The notes beneath the pieces were generated by a model. The model was not told where the DNA came from. It did not search any database and saw only the letters and a program-made list of their open reading frames with translations. DNA of 64,000 nucleotides from Spirochaetia bacterium (GTDB lineage: Bacteria > Spirochaetota > Spirochaetia > SZUA-6 > Bin103). The stretch spans positions 3,008,001 through 3,072,000 of the forward strand of contig CBDBDQ010000005.1 in NCBI GenBank assembly GCA_965203905.1, in the 5' to 3' direction. This document shows positions 9,199-19,061 of this stretch, piece by piece (the stretch's first letter is position 1; every line of letters begins with the position of its first letter). The position numbers and the translations under genes are program-made.

Positions 9199-9836
9199 GC
9201 CGTCGACTCCGGGAGCGGCGGCGGCAGGTGGCTGGTGTCGTTGAGCAGCTCGAGCGCGGCGCCGCCGTCGTCGTACAGGGTCACGGCGGACAATCCCCCG
9301 TTGTCCAGCCGGAACCGCCACATGCTGGCTGCGGGCAACTCCAGCAGGCGCACGAGCGCCGCGCACAGCGAGCCGCCGTGGGCCACCAGCAGCAGGTTGC
9401 CGCGGTCGCGGCCGTGCGCCGCGCGCAGGCGGTCGACCGCGGCCGCCACCCGCTGCAACAGTTGCCGGTCGCTCTCGCCTCCTGGGGGCGCGAACGATCC
9501 AGCGTCGGCGAACAGCTCAGCGTACCGGTCCGGGTAGCGGGCCTCCACCTCGGCGAAGGTCATTCCTTCCCACTCTCCGAAGCTCTTCTCGCGCAGTGCG
9601 GGGAGGGTGACCAGCGGCAGGTCGTCCCTGCCGTGCAGGATCGGCGCCGCGGTCTCGGTGACCCGGCGCAGGTCGCTGGCGTAGGCGGCGCTGAAGCGCA
9701 ACGGGCGCAGGCGCGTGGCGAGCGCCCGCGCCTGCGCCCGTCCCGCGGCGTTGAGCGGCACCTGCGACTGGCCCTGCGCGCGTCCGGCGGCATTCCAGTC
9801 GGTCTCTCCATGGCGCACCAGGTACCACCTACCCAT
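9195..9836 (-). CDS. cobC: Histidine phosphatase, alpha-ribazole phosphatase-like
   Basis: YLVRHGETDWN, SDLRRVTETA, LREKSFGEWEG, VAHGG; lies inside the cob operon. Confidence 0.8.
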   Translation of the reverse strand: MGRWYLVRHGETDWNAAGRAQGQSQVPLNAAGRAQARALATRLRPLRFSAAYASDLRRVTETAAPILHGRDDLPLVTLPALREKSFGEWEGMTFAEVEARYPDRYAELFADAGSFAPPGGESDRQLLQRVAAAVDRLRAAHGRDRGNLLLVAHGGSLCAALVRLLELPAASMWRFRLDNGGLSAVTLYDDGGAALELLNDTSHLPPPLPESTA

Positions 9837-10905
9837 CGCCGTTCCCGAGCACTTCCCGCAACGCCCCGGCCAGCCGCCGGCAGTCCGCGATGCGGCGCAC
9901 GCCGATGCGTACGTGGTCGGGCAACCCGAACGAGGCACAGTCGCGTACGCACATCCGGTGTTCCCGCAGCAGCCGCAGTCGCAGCTCGGCGGCGGCGCCG
10001 ACGCCTGCCAGCAGGAAGTTGGCGCTGGCCTCGGTACAGGACAGGCCCAGACGCCCGAGCTCGTGTGTCAGGTAGCTGCGGCCGCAGCGCACCGCCTCGC
10101 GTCCGCGGGCGACGTGGGCACCGTCCGCCAGCGCCGCCACCCCGGCGGCCTGCGCCGCGGCGTTCACGCTCCAACTGTGCTGAAACCTGCGCACCCGCTC
10201 CACCACGGCGCGAGAGGACAGCAGGTAGCCGAGCCGGAGACCGGTGAGCGCGTGGTCCTTGGTCATCGACCGCAACAGCACGACGTTGCCCAGCCGCAGC
10301 AGCCCGGTCGCGTCCCAGCCCCGCTCCACGAACGGCGCGTAAGCCTCGTCCAGCACCAGCAGTCCGGCGTCTCCCAGCGCCGCGGCGATCGCCTCCAGGT
10401 GGTCCGCGCCCAGGTAGGTGCCGGTCGGGTTGTTCGGGTTGCACAGGAACAGCAGCGTAGGCCGCAACGCCGCGATGAGCCGCGCCGCCGCGGGCAGGTC
10501 CCAGCGGAACGTGCGGCGCTCGGCGGGCGCGATGGGGACCGGGGCCACCCCCTGCAGGCGGCACGCGGCCTCGAACTCGCCGAACGTCGGAGTAAAGATG
10601 GCCGCCGCAGCGCCGGACCGTAGCAGGGCACGGGCGATCAGGTGAATCAGCTCGGTAGCGCCGTTCCCGATCAGGATGCGATCCGCCTGCAGGCCCAGGC
10701 GGTCGGCCAGGGCGGCGCGCAATTCGCGGCACTCCGGGTCAGGATAGGCCGCCAGGTCCAGGTGGCGCAGCGCCTCGGTCACCGCGGGAGAGACGCCCAG
10801 CGGGTTGATGCTGGCGCTGAAGTCCAGCACCTCTGCCGCACGCAGTCCCAGCGCGCGCAGTTCCGCGAGATTGAGGCCGCCGTGTACCGGCCGCGAGGGA
10901 TGCAC
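9829..10905 (-). CDS. cobD: Threonine-phosphate decarboxylase (PLP class I/II aminotransferase fold)
   Basis: HGG...LDFSASINPLG, YPDP, GNGATELI, CNPNNPTG, DEAY, LRSMTKDHALTGLRLGY; RBS GGAGG before GTG 10905. Confidence 0.88.
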   Translation of the reverse strand: MHPSRPVHGGLNLAELRALGLRAAEVLDFSASINPLGVSPAVTEALRHLDLAAYPDPECRELRAALADRLGLQADRILIGNGATELIHLIARALLRSGAAAAIFTPTFGEFEAACRLQGVAPVPIAPAERRTFRWDLPAAARLIAALRPTLLFLCNPNNPTGTYLGADHLEAIAAALGDAGLLVLDEAYAPFVERGWDATGLLRLGNVVLLRSMTKDHALTGLRLGYLLSSRAVVERVRRFQHSWSVNAAAQAAGVAALADGAHVARGREAVRCGRSYLTHELGRLGLSCTEASANFLLAGVGAAAELRLRLLREHRMCVRDCASFGLPDHVRIGVRRIADCRRLAGALREVLGNGDG

Positions 10906-10916
10906 CCGACCTCCTG

Positions 10917-11882
10917 TCAGCCCCAAGGCAGCGCGCGCAAGGCGCTCACCACGACCGACCCGGCCATGGCGAGCGCCGCCGCGGCATAGGCCAGCCGCTC
11001 CGCCTCGGCGAGGTCGCGCCACGCCGGATCGCGCAGGCCGTGGCCGATACGGTAGTGACCGAGCTTTTCCAGGGCCACGCCCAGCAGCCCGGCGCAGGCG
11101 CCGATGGTCCAGCCGCCGTTGGGGCTGGCGGTGCGGCGGTGGTCGCGCCACGCGATGCGCCAGCCGCGCCGTGCCGGCAGGCGCCGGAGCGCTCCCGCCG
11201 CCAGCAGCAGCGCCGCGCTCAGCCGCGCCGGCACCAGGTTTACCAGGTCATCCAGCCGTGCGGCCGCCTTGCCCAGGTACTCGTACCTGCCGCGATAGCC
11301 GATCATGCTGTCGAGCGTGTTGATGGCCCGGTAGGCCACGGCACCCGGCAGGCCGAACAGCGCGAACGCGAGCCAGGGACCGACGTAGCCGTCCGTCGTG
11401 TTCTCGGCCACCGACTCGATCGCCGCCATGGCGACCTGCGGTGCGCTGAGCGCGCTGGCATCGCGGCTCACCAGGCGCCTCAGGCTGGCGCGCGCGCGGT
11501 GGATCGCCCCCGCCTGCAGGGCGCCGCGCGTGCTGCGGGCGGCGTGCCCCAGCTCCCTGACGGCGAAGGTGGTCTTCAGCAGAACCGCGGTACCTATCAG
11601 GTAGGGGAGGGGACCGGCCGCGCGCAGCGCCATGGCGGCCAGCCATCCCAGGACGCCGCAGCCGAGCGGCACCAGCAGGGCGATGCCCAGGCCCGCCGCC
11701 AGCGCTGCCGTGGGTCGCTCCGGGCCGGGCGCCCTGCTTTCCAGGAACTCGATCAGCTTGCCCATCCAAACCACCGGGTGCAGCGCCGCCGGCGGCTCGC
11801 GCCACACCAGGTCCACCGCCAGCGCCAGCAGCAGTGCCCCGGCATCGAGGCCCCAGGCGTCCAACCACGGCGGCAACGGCAT
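10917..11882 (-). CDS. cbiB: Adenosylcobinamide-phosphate synthase
   Basis: HPVVWMGKLI, LVSRD, ESVAENTTDG, YRAINTLDSMIGYR, AARLDDLVNLVPARL, SPNGGW. Confidence 0.93.
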   Translation of the reverse strand: MPLPPWLDAWGLDAGALLLALAVDLVWREPPAALHPVVWMGKLIEFLESRAPGPERPTAALAAGLGIALLVPLGCGVLGWLAAMALRAAGPLPYLIGTAVLLKTTFAVRELGHAARSTRGALQAGAIHRARASLRRLVSRDASALSAPQVAMAAIESVAENTTDGYVGPWLAFALFGLPGAVAYRAINTLDSMIGYRGRYEYLGKAAARLDDLVNLVPARLSAALLLAAGALRRLPARRGWRIAWRDHRRTASPNGGWTIGACAGLLGVALEKLGHYRIGHGLRDPAWRDLAEAERLAYAAAALAMAGSVVVSALRALPWG

Positions 11883-11887
11883 CGGCA

Positions 11888-12661
11888 CTAGCCCGGCGTC
11901 CCCGCGCCGCCGCCGGTGAGGATGATGACGGCAAGCGCCAGGACGGCGGCTTCCACCATCTCGTTCACGGCACCGTAGATGTCGCCGGTCACCCCGCCCA
12001 GCAGCCGGGTCGCCCAGGCACCGGCGGCCCACGCAACCGCGCCGGCCAGCACCACCAGCGCCAGTCCCGGCAGCCCGGACAGGACCACGGCGGCCGCCAG
12101 CGCCAGCGGCGCACCGCTCCACAGCGCGAAGCGGCCGCGGTGCTCCAGCAACGGGGTGCCGAGGCCCGCGCGCCGCAGGTAGGGGAACCACTCCATGACC
12201 AGCAGTATCGCCGCCCGCGACAGGCAGGGGAACAGGAGCAGGATCCGCCCCCGGCTACCCTCCGGCAGCGCGGCCAGGGCCGCGAACTTGACCAGCAGCA
12301 GGCACGCCACGCCGGCCACCGCGAAGGCGCCCACGTGGGGATCCCTGAGGATCTCCAGGCGGCGGCCGCGGTCGTAGCCCCCGAACAGCGCATCGCAGCT
12401 GTCCATGAATCCGTCCAGGTGCAGGCCCCGGGTCAGGGCGGCGAGCGCCGCCACCAGCAGGGCGCCGGTCAGGAGCGGCGGCAGTTGCAGCGCCCGCAGC
12501 CCGGCGTCGAGCGCCGCTAGCAGCGCGCCCAGCAGCAGGCCGACCGCCGGAAACCAGGCGCGGGCGTGCGCGAGGCCGGCCGCCGGGTCGCGTGGCGCGA
12601 GCGGCAGGATGGTCAGGAAGCCGAGTGCGGCGCGGCAGGAAGCGAGCGGGTGGGCCGGCAT
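11888..12661 (-). CDS. cobS: Adenosylcobinamide-GDP ribazoletransferase (cobalamin synthase)
   Basis: FLTILP, TRGLHLDGFMDSCDALFGG, LEILRDPHVGAF, GGVTGDIYGA. Confidence 0.95.
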   Translation of the reverse strand: MPAHPLASCRAALGFLTILPLAPRDPAAGLAHARAWFPAVGLLLGALLAALDAGLRALQLPPLLTGALLVAALAALTRGLHLDGFMDSCDALFGGYDRGRRLEILRDPHVGAFAVAGVACLLLVKFAALAALPEGSRGRILLLFPCLSRAAILLVMEWFPYLRRAGLGTPLLEHRGRFALWSGAPLALAAAVVLSGLPGLALVVLAGAVAWAAGAWATRLLGGVTGDIYGAVNEMVEAAVLALAVIILTGGGAGTPG

Positions 12662-12665
12662 GGCG

Positions 12666-13724
12666 TCAGCGGTCGCGGTCGGAGACGCCGGCCTGGGCGA
12701 AGGTGGCCATCTGGGTCAGGCAGGCGGCGGCGGCCGAGACGATGGGCAGCGCGAGCAGGGCGCCGGTCCCCTCCCCGAGACGCAGCTCCAGGTCCAGCAG
12801 CGGGTCGAGCCCGAGCCGCGCCAGCACGGCGCGGTGGCCCGGTTCGGCGGAGCGGTGGGCGGCGATCAGGTAGTCGCGGACCGCCGGACACAGGCCCTGG
12901 GCCAGCAGCGCGGCGGCGCCGGCGATGAAGCCATCCAGCACCACGGCACGGCGCCGGCAGGCCGTTCCCAGCACCACCCCCGCCAGCACGCCGATCTCGA
13001 AGCCCCCCACCTTGGCCAGCACTCCGAGCGTGTCGTCCGGGTCGGGCGCGTTGCATTGCAGCGCCCGGCGCACCACCGCCACCTTGTGGTACAGCTGCTC
13101 CGGCGAGCGCCCGGTGCCCGGTCCGGTGGTGTCCTCCGGCGCACTGCCGGTCAGCACCGCGCTGACGGCGCTGGCGGCGGTGGTGTTGCCGATCCCCATC
13201 TCGCCGGTGGCGATCAGGTCCGCGCCCGCGTCAGCCGCCTCGGCGGCGAGCCCGATGCCCGCTTCCAGGCAGCGCTGCGCCTGCTGCCGCGACATCGCCG
13301 GCCCGCGGCTGATGTCAGCCGTGCCGCGCCCGGCGCGCAGGAGTCGCAACGCGGGATGCGGCGCCGGCGCGTCCGCCGCGATGCCCGCGTCCACCACGAT
13401 CTGACGCACCCCGAGCAGCCTGGCCATGACGCTCACCGCGGCCCCGCCGGCGAGGAAGTTCGTCACCATCTGCGCCGTAACCGCCTGCGGGTAGCCGGTC
13501 ACCCCCTGCGCCACCACCCCGTGGTCGCCGGCCGCCACGATCAGCGCCGAGTTCCGGATCACGGGCCGCTCGCTGCCGAAGATGCCGGCGAGTCGAATCG
13601 ACACCGCCTCGAGCCGGCCCAGGCTGCCGGGCGGCTTGGTCAGGGTGGGGTGCCGCGCTGCGGCGCGCTGCATGGCGGCGGCGTCGGCCGGGACGATGCG
13701 CGCGAGGGTGTCGGCCAGCGTCAT
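12666..13724 (-). CDS. cobT: Nicotinate-nucleotide:dimethylbenzimidazole phosphoribosyltransferase
   Basis: LTKPPGSLGRLE, AGDHGV, GEMGIGNTT, DGFI, H.SAEPGH, LRLGEGTGA; start at MTLAD (ATGA overlap). Confidence 0.95.
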   Translation of the reverse strand: MTLADTLARIVPADAAAMQRAAARHPTLTKPPGSLGRLEAVSIRLAGIFGSERPVIRNSALIVAAGDHGVVAQGVTGYPQAVTAQMVTNFLAGGAAVSVMARLLGVRQIVVDAGIAADAPAPHPALRLLRAGRGTADISRGPAMSRQQAQRCLEAGIGLAAEAADAGADLIATGEMGIGNTTAASAVSAVLTGSAPEDTTGPGTGRSPEQLYHKVAVVRRALQCNAPDPDDTLGVLAKVGGFEIGVLAGVVLGTACRRRAVVLDGFIAGAAALLAQGLCPAVRDYLIAAHRSAEPGHRAVLARLGLDPLLDLELRLGEGTGALLALPIVSAAAACLTQMATFAQAGVSDRDR

Positions 13725-14566
13725 GAGGCGGATGCGGCCGCGGTCGGGCCGAGCAGGCGCACCTGCGGCGTACCGGTGCCGGCATCGTGCTCCACCACCG
13801 CCTCGACGCCGAACACCTCCCGGAAGTGCCGCGGCGTGAACACCTCGCGCGGCGTCCCCTGGGCTGCGATCGAGCCGCCCGCAAGCAGCGCCAGCCGGTC
13901 GCAGTACCTGCTGGCCAGCAACACGTCGTGCAGCGCCACCACGACCGCCACCCCAGCGCCGGCCACTTCCGAACGCAGCGTCTCCATCGCCGCGAGCTGG
14001 TGCCTCAGGTCGAGCCCGGCGGCGGGCTCGTCGAGCAGCAGGAAGCGCGCCTGCTGCGCCAGGGCGCGGGCCAGCAGCACCCGCTGCCGCTCGCCGCCGG
14101 AGACCTCGTCCAGTTGCCGGCTCGCGAACCGCTCGGTCTCGGTGCGCGCCAGCATCGCGCGCGCGATGCGCCGGTCGCCGGCCCCCTCCAGCGCGAACCG
14201 GCTCAGGTGCGGATACCTGCCCATCAGCACCGTCTCCAGCGCCGTGAACGGGTGTGCCGCTTCCTGCTGCGGCAGGAACGCGATCCGGCGCGCGCGGTCC
14301 CGCGCCGGCAACGTCGCCAGCTCCACCGCTCCCAGCCGTACCGAACCGGCTTCGGGGCGCAGCACCCCGGCCAGCACCCGCAGCAGGGTGCTCTTGCCGG
14401 CGCCGTTCGGGCCCACCAGTCCGGTCAGCTCGCCGGGGCGCGCGGTGAACGACACCGCGTCGAGCACCGGCGTCGCGCCGAGGGTCACGGATACCTCGCG
14501 CGCCGCCAGCACTTGGTCGCCCGAGCCGACGCCGGGCGCCGGATCGGGTGGCCGGGCCAGGGTCAC
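13721..14566 (-). CDS. btuD: Corrinoid/Fe-siderophore ABC transporter ATP-binding protein
   Basis: GPNGAGKST, SGGERQRVLLARALAQ, LLLDEP; between btuF and cobT. Confidence 0.85.
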   Translation of the reverse strand: MTLARPPDPAPGVGSGDQVLAAREVSVTLGATPVLDAVSFTARPGELTGLVGPNGAGKSTLLRVLAGVLRPEAGSVRLGAVELATLPARDRARRIAFLPQQEAAHPFTALETVLMGRYPHLSRFALEGAGDRRIARAMLARTETERFASRQLDEVSGGERQRVLLARALAQQARFLLLDEPAAGLDLRHQLAAMETLRSEVAGAGVAVVVALHDVLLASRYCDRLALLAGGSIAAQGTPREVFTPRHFREVFGVEAVVEHDAGTGTPQVRLLGPTAAASAS

Positions 14567-15594
14567 GACTCCGCGTAGGGCTCGAAGTCGGTGAAGGTAA
14601 CGTCCTGGAAGCGGTCCGGGTACAGCAGGCGCGCCGTCTCCTCGATGCCGCGCACGTTCCAGTGCGAGAGGGTGGTGTAGTAGCGGGGAGCAACCACCAG
14701 GACCCGTTGCTCGGCGATCGCCGGCACCTCGGCCAGCGCGCGGTCGGCCAGCAGGTCGGCGCGCAGCTCGATCCCGCCGGAGTCCTCCGGCTGCGTGATC
14801 AGGATCAGGTCCGGGTTCATGGCGGCGATCGATTCCAGGCTGACCGTCTGGTGGCCGGCAATGCCGTCGCGGGCGGCCGCATTGATGCCGCCGGCCGCCT
14901 CGATGATGCCGCCTTCGGTGGAACCGGCGCCGGCCGCATAGGTGGACTCGGCGAAGCGGGCGATGGCCAGCACCGCGGGCCGCGACCGATCGTCCGGCGG
15001 CGGCACGCGGTCGCCGACCACGGCCAGCCGCTGCTCGATTTCGGCGACCAGCTCCAGGGCGCGTTCCTCGACCCCGAGCAGATAACCGAGCAGCAGGATG
15101 TTGGGGATGTTGCCGGCGGCCGAGTTCTCCAGCGCGGAGCGCACCACCGGTACGCCCGCCTCCTTCAGCAGGGCGACCATGTCCGCCTTGGTGTACTTGG
15201 AGACCACCACCACGTCCGGCTTCGCCGCCAGCACGTTCTCGACGCCGCGCTGCACCTGGGCCATGCCGGCAACCAGGCCGGCGACGTTGGAATAGGTCGG
15301 ATCGGCCGTGAACGGTCCCACGCCCGCGAACCGCTCGCGCGGCAGCAGGGCCAGCAGCATCTCGTCGTGGCCGAGCGAGAGGGCCAGCACCCGTTGCGGC
15401 GGCGCTTCCAGGCGCACCACGCCTTCCGCCGACTCGACCGCGCGCGGCCAGCCCCGATTCGCCACGTCGACGATACCGGGCACCGCCGGGTAGTCGGCCG
15501 GCGTCAGGGCGGTCGCGGCGGCGGCGCACGCGGCCGCCAGCCCGGCGTACACCACGGTCCGTACGAACGATCGTACGAAGTTCAGAGTATCCAT
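14563..15594 (-). CDS. btuF: Corrinoid ABC transporter substrate-binding protein
   Basis: PQRVLALS, ENVLAAKPDVVV, SLESIAAMNPDLIL, VPAI...RV; RBS AAGGAGG; riboswitch-controlled operon. Confidence 0.8.
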   Translation of the reverse strand: MDTLNFVRSFVRTVVYAGLAAACAAAATALTPADYPAVPGIVDVANRGWPRAVESAEGVVRLEAPPQRVLALSLGHDEMLLALLPRERFAGVGPFTADPTYSNVAGLVAGMAQVQRGVENVLAAKPDVVVVSKYTKADMVALLKEAGVPVVRSALENSAAGNIPNILLLGYLLGVEERALELVAEIEQRLAVVGDRVPPPDDRSRPAVLAIARFAESTYAAGAGSTEGGIIEAAGGINAAARDGIAGHQTVSLESIAAMNPDLILITQPEDSGGIELRADLLADRALAEVPAIAEQRVLVVAPRYYTTLSHWNVRGIEETARLLYPDRFQDVTFTDFEPYAES

Positions 15595-15641
15595 GAGTCC
15601 TCCTTGCATGGATTGAACGGATTTCCAGGGTCAGGTTTCAT

Positions 15642-16718
15642 TTACAGCAGCCCGGCGCGCGCCTTGTGGCGCGCCAGCAGGAACAGGAAGAACGGCGCCC
15701 CCACCAGGGCGGTGATGATGCCGACGCGCACCTCCGCCGGGGCGACCACGATCCGGGCCACGGTGTCGGCGGCGAGCAGGAACACCGCGCCGCCGAGCGC
15801 GCTCAGGGGAACCAGCACCCGATGGTCGGCGCCGGTGATCAGCCGCAGCGCGTGCGGGACGATCAGCCCGACGAAGGCGATCGTCCCGGAGAACGCCACC
15901 GCGGTGCCGGTGATCAGCGAGGCGGCGAGCAGCAGCACGGTTCGGGTCAGCCCCACGCGCACCCCGAGCGCCCGCGCCTCCTGCTCGCCCACCATCAGCA
16001 GGTTGAGGTCGCGCGCCAGCAGCACCGCCAGCGCGGTGCCGGCCAGCACCAGGGGCGCTGCCATCCGCACGTGGGTCCAGCGTGACGCATCAAGGCCGCC
16101 GGCAAGCCAGAAGATCATCTCGCGCTGGGCGCCGAGGTCCTGGGTGAGCAGTACGATCGCCGAGATGATGGCGGCGAGGAACGCGCCCACCGCGACTCCG
16201 GAGAGCAGCAGCGCCGCCATCGAGAAGCGGCCGCCGACCGAGGCGACCGTGAACACCAGTGCCAGGGCGCCGGCGGAGCCGGCGAAGGCCATGCCGGGCA
16301 GCGCCAGCGGCGCCGCGGCCTGCGCGCCGACGGCGATCGCTACCACCGCGCCCAGCGCCCCGCCGGTGGACACGCCGATGATGCCGGGGTCGGCCATCGG
16401 GTTCCGAAACAAGCCCTGCATCACGGCACCGGCCACGCCGAGGGCGGCGCCGACGATCAGCGCCAGGGTGATGCGGGACAGCCGGATCGACTCGACGATG
16501 GCGCGCTCGGTGTCGCTTGCCGCGAGGGTGCGGAGACCGAACTGCTCCAGCAGGATGCCGGCGGTGTGGGACAACGGTATGGCGTAGGGCCCGACGGCAG
16601 CGGCGACCACGACCAGTGCCGCCGCACAGACGGCGAGCAGCGCGCCGCCACTCGCCAGCCGCGCCACGACCGGCGATCGCGACCGTGCACCTACGTATTC
16701 TGCCTGCTCGACCCGCAC
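15642..16718 (-). CDS. btuC: Corrinoid ABC transporter permease (FecCD/BtuC family)
   Basis: IRLSRI, MQGLFRNPMADPGIIGVSTGG, GTIAFVGLIVPH, VGIITALVGAPFF; GTG 16718 preceded by GGAAGGAG. Confidence 0.85.
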   Translation of the reverse strand: MRVEQAEYVGARSRSPVVARLASGGALLAVCAAALVVVAAAVGPYAIPLSHTAGILLEQFGLRTLAASDTERAIVESIRLSRITLALIVGAALGVAGAVMQGLFRNPMADPGIIGVSTGGALGAVVAIAVGAQAAAPLALPGMAFAGSAGALALVFTVASVGGRFSMAALLLSGVAVGAFLAAIISAIVLLTQDLGAQREMIFWLAGGLDASRWTHVRMAAPLVLAGTALAVLLARDLNLLMVGEQEARALGVRVGLTRTVLLLAASLITGTAVAFSGTIAFVGLIVPHALRLITGADHRVLVPLSALGGAVFLLAADTVARIVVAPAEVRVGIITALVGAPFFLFLLARHKARAGLL

Positions 16719-16825
16719 CCGGGAGCTCCTTCCTGGCCGCTCTGCGTACGGGGATGTTGCCGCCCGAAATGGACCTGCACGGTCTGAGGCGCTCCCTGAG
16801 CGGAGAGCGGCCACTCAGCCTTGCC

Positions 16826-16980
16826 CGGCAGGTATCCTGGCTCCCGGTTCAGCGCCTGACCCGCGCCTTCCCATCCCTTGCGGGACAGTGGCATCAGCGG
16901 GCGGCTCGCCGGTCACAGTGGCGCCACCGCAGCGGATTCACACCGCTTTCCCTGTTCGGACAAGGTCTGCCTTTAGTGAC
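16826..16980 (-). promoter_or_regulatory. Cobalamin (AdoCbl) riboswitch
   Basis: Minus strand reads AACAGGGAAAGCGGTGTGAATCCGCTGCGGTGGCGCCACTGTGA...GCCACTG...GGGAAGGC...GAGCCAGGATACCTGCC (B12-box), directly upstream of btuC. Confidence 0.93.
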
Positions 16981-16992
16981 TGTTCGTCCGGG

Positions 16993-17022
16993 AGACTATT
17001 GCTATCGCGGACCGGGTGTCAA
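16993..17022 (-). promoter_or_regulatory. Putative promoter of riboswitch-btu/cob operon (TTGACA-18-TAGTCT)
   Basis: TTGACA at 17022-17017 on the minus strand, TAGTCT 18 nt downstream, just 5' of the aptamer. Confidence 0.5.
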
Positions 17023-17221
17023 ACCGGCGTTGAACAAACGTACCCCTCCCAGCTGGCGCCGCTCCCCGACCGTGCGGTAGCTCGACCAGTCGATTCCAGC
17101 TCGGGATCGCCGCCCGGCCCGAATGTGGGTCCGATATCGTCCGTCAGCCGCCCCGCCACACCGGGCCGCGACTTTCGTCGTCGCGATCCGCGGTACGGCG
17201 ATGACGAGGTTGAGGCGGGTC

Positions 17222-18094
17222 TTATTCTTTCATGCCGGTAGTAACGAGTCCACCGACAACTCGCTTCTGGGTCACCAGGGATAGCGCGATCAGCGGCGCC
17301 ATGACGACCGTGGTAGCCGCCAGCAGGGTCTCCCACGATATCGTTTCATCGCGGAACAGGGCCAGGCCGAGTTGCACCGTCATCATCCTCTCGGACTGTA
17401 CGATGGTCAGAGGCCACATGTAATCATTCCAAGCAAAAGTGGCCTTCAGGATACCTAAACTCATGAGTAGAGCCTGGCTGTTTGGGACGTAGATTTGCAG
17501 GAAAATCCTGGCGGCACCGCAGCCGTCGATCTCTGCTGCATCGTCGAGAGATCTTGGGAAGTTCAGAAAGAACTGCCTACACAGGAAAATTCCAAAGGCA
17601 CCGGCAAAGAGCGGAACCATCAACCCTGCATAGGAGTTGACCAGACCGCTTCCCCCTTGCCCAAGAAGATTGTTCCCTCCTGCCAAGGGGAGGCTTCTCA
17701 GAACGATGAATCTCGGAAGTATTGTGAGCTGCTCGGGAACCATCAGCGCCAGAAGAATCGTGTAAAAAAGAATTTTTCTGCCATTGAAGTCGAGCCGAGC
17801 AAAGGCGTACCCCGCCATCGAGTTTACCAGGAGGCTGACCAGGGTGGTTGTCAATGTCACATACACCGAGTTCAGGAACCATCTGCCCCAAAGACGCCGT
17901 TGAAACGCCTTTATGTAGTTGGAGAACTGAGGAACTTTGGGGAAGACGGAGAAGCTGCTGGCATTTATCTCCGATACCGTTTTCAAGGATCCGGTTATCA
18001 TCAGCACGAACGGCATCACGACCAGAAAGGCAAAGAAAGATAGAACTATCAACAGGATTATTTTGGTAACAAGCGTGCGCCTGATGCTGATCAT
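17222..18094 (-). CDS. Carbohydrate ABC transporter permease (MalG/UgpE-like)
   Basis: AGYAFARL, FPRSLDDAAEIDG EAA loop, WNDYMWPL. Confidence 0.9.
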   Translation of the reverse strand: MISIRRTLVTKIILLIVLSFFAFLVVMPFVLMITGSLKTVSEINASSFSVFPKVPQFSNYIKAFQRRLWGRWFLNSVYVTLTTTLVSLLVNSMAGYAFARLDFNGRKILFYTILLALMVPEQLTILPRFIVLRSLPLAGGNNLLGQGGSGLVNSYAGLMVPLFAGAFGIFLCRQFFLNFPRSLDDAAEIDGCGAARIFLQIYVPNSQALLMSLGILKATFAWNDYMWPLTIVQSERMMTVQLGLALFRDETISWETLLAATTVVMAPLIALSLVTQKRVVGGLVTTGMKE

Positions 18095-18103
18095 CTCCTT
18101 CCC

Positions 18104-19036
18104 CTACATCAAATCGTAGCCCTGTCTGCCGTATCTGAAGTTGAGCACGGTCAGCACGAAGATCAGGCCGAGCAGGAAAACGCCCATACTGGAAGCATAG
18201 CCCATCTGAAATTCCTCGAAGCCCCTGGTGTAGAGCTGGTGCACAATCGTAGTAGTAGCGTTGTTGGGACCTCCTTCAGTCATGATGTTAACCTGCTCGA
18301 AGACCGAGAAGGACTGGATGGTGTTGATCACAAAGAGGAAGAAGGTCGTGGGCTGGACAAGAGGGACGGTTATACGAGAAAATTTGCTCAAGGCAGACGC
18401 CCCATCTATATCTGCCGCCTCGTAGAGATGGGCTGGTATCTGCTGGAGCCCAGCCAAGTAGATGACCATGTTATAGCCGGTCATCTTCCATATCCCCATA
18501 ATAATGAGGGAGGCAAGAGCGAGATCCTGATCGTACAGCCAGCGCATCGCGGGAAGCCCAAGGGATCTCATTGTCTGGTTCAGGACGCCCGTTGCCGGCT
18601 CATAGATCCAGAGCCAGAGCATTGAAACCGAGACCATGGACACGACGTAGGGGAGGTAGAAGGCTAGTCGGAGGGTCTTCCGTCCCGGGATCCGCTGGTT
18701 GAGAGAGTTGGCCAGCAGTAGCGCCAAGACTATCTGTGGAATGATGGTACCGAAGGCGTAGATAGCGGTATTCTTGAGGGCCTTCAGGAAAACCGCATCA
18801 CCGAACAAGCGGACAAAATTGGCCAGCCCGACGAATTCGCTGCGGGTAAAGAGGTCATTATTCGTAAACCCGAGCCATATCGTCATAACGACGGGAATGA
18901 AGATGAAGAGGAAGTAGACCAGGTAAGTGGGCAGTACCATGAGGTGCCCTATGCCGTCGTGCTTCCTTATGCCCATTCTGCTTGCTCGCAGATAAGACAG
19001 TGCCCGGCTCGCCGTCGTGGTAGACGAGCCGGGCAC
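18104..19036 (-). CDS. Carbohydrate ABC transporter permease (MalF/UgpA-like)
   Basis: FVGLANF, YLAGLQQIPAHLYEAADIDGA, MTEGGPNNAT. Confidence 0.9.
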   Translation of the reverse strand: MPGSSTTTASRALSYLRASRMGIRKHDGIGHLMVLPTYLVYFLFIFIPVVMTIWLGFTNNDLFTRSEFVGLANFVRLFGDAVFLKALKNTAIYAFGTIIPQIVLALLLANSLNQRIPGRKTLRLAFYLPYVVSMVSVSMLWLWIYEPATGVLNQTMRSLGLPAMRWLYDQDLALASLIIMGIWKMTGYNMVIYLAGLQQIPAHLYEAADIDGASALSKFSRITVPLVQPTTFFLFVINTIQSFSVFEQVNIMTEGGPNNATTTIVHQLYTRGFEEFQMGYASSMGVFLLGLIFVLTVLNFRYGRQGYDLM

Positions 19037-19061
19037 CTATGACGCCTAGTTGAGAAGCTGG

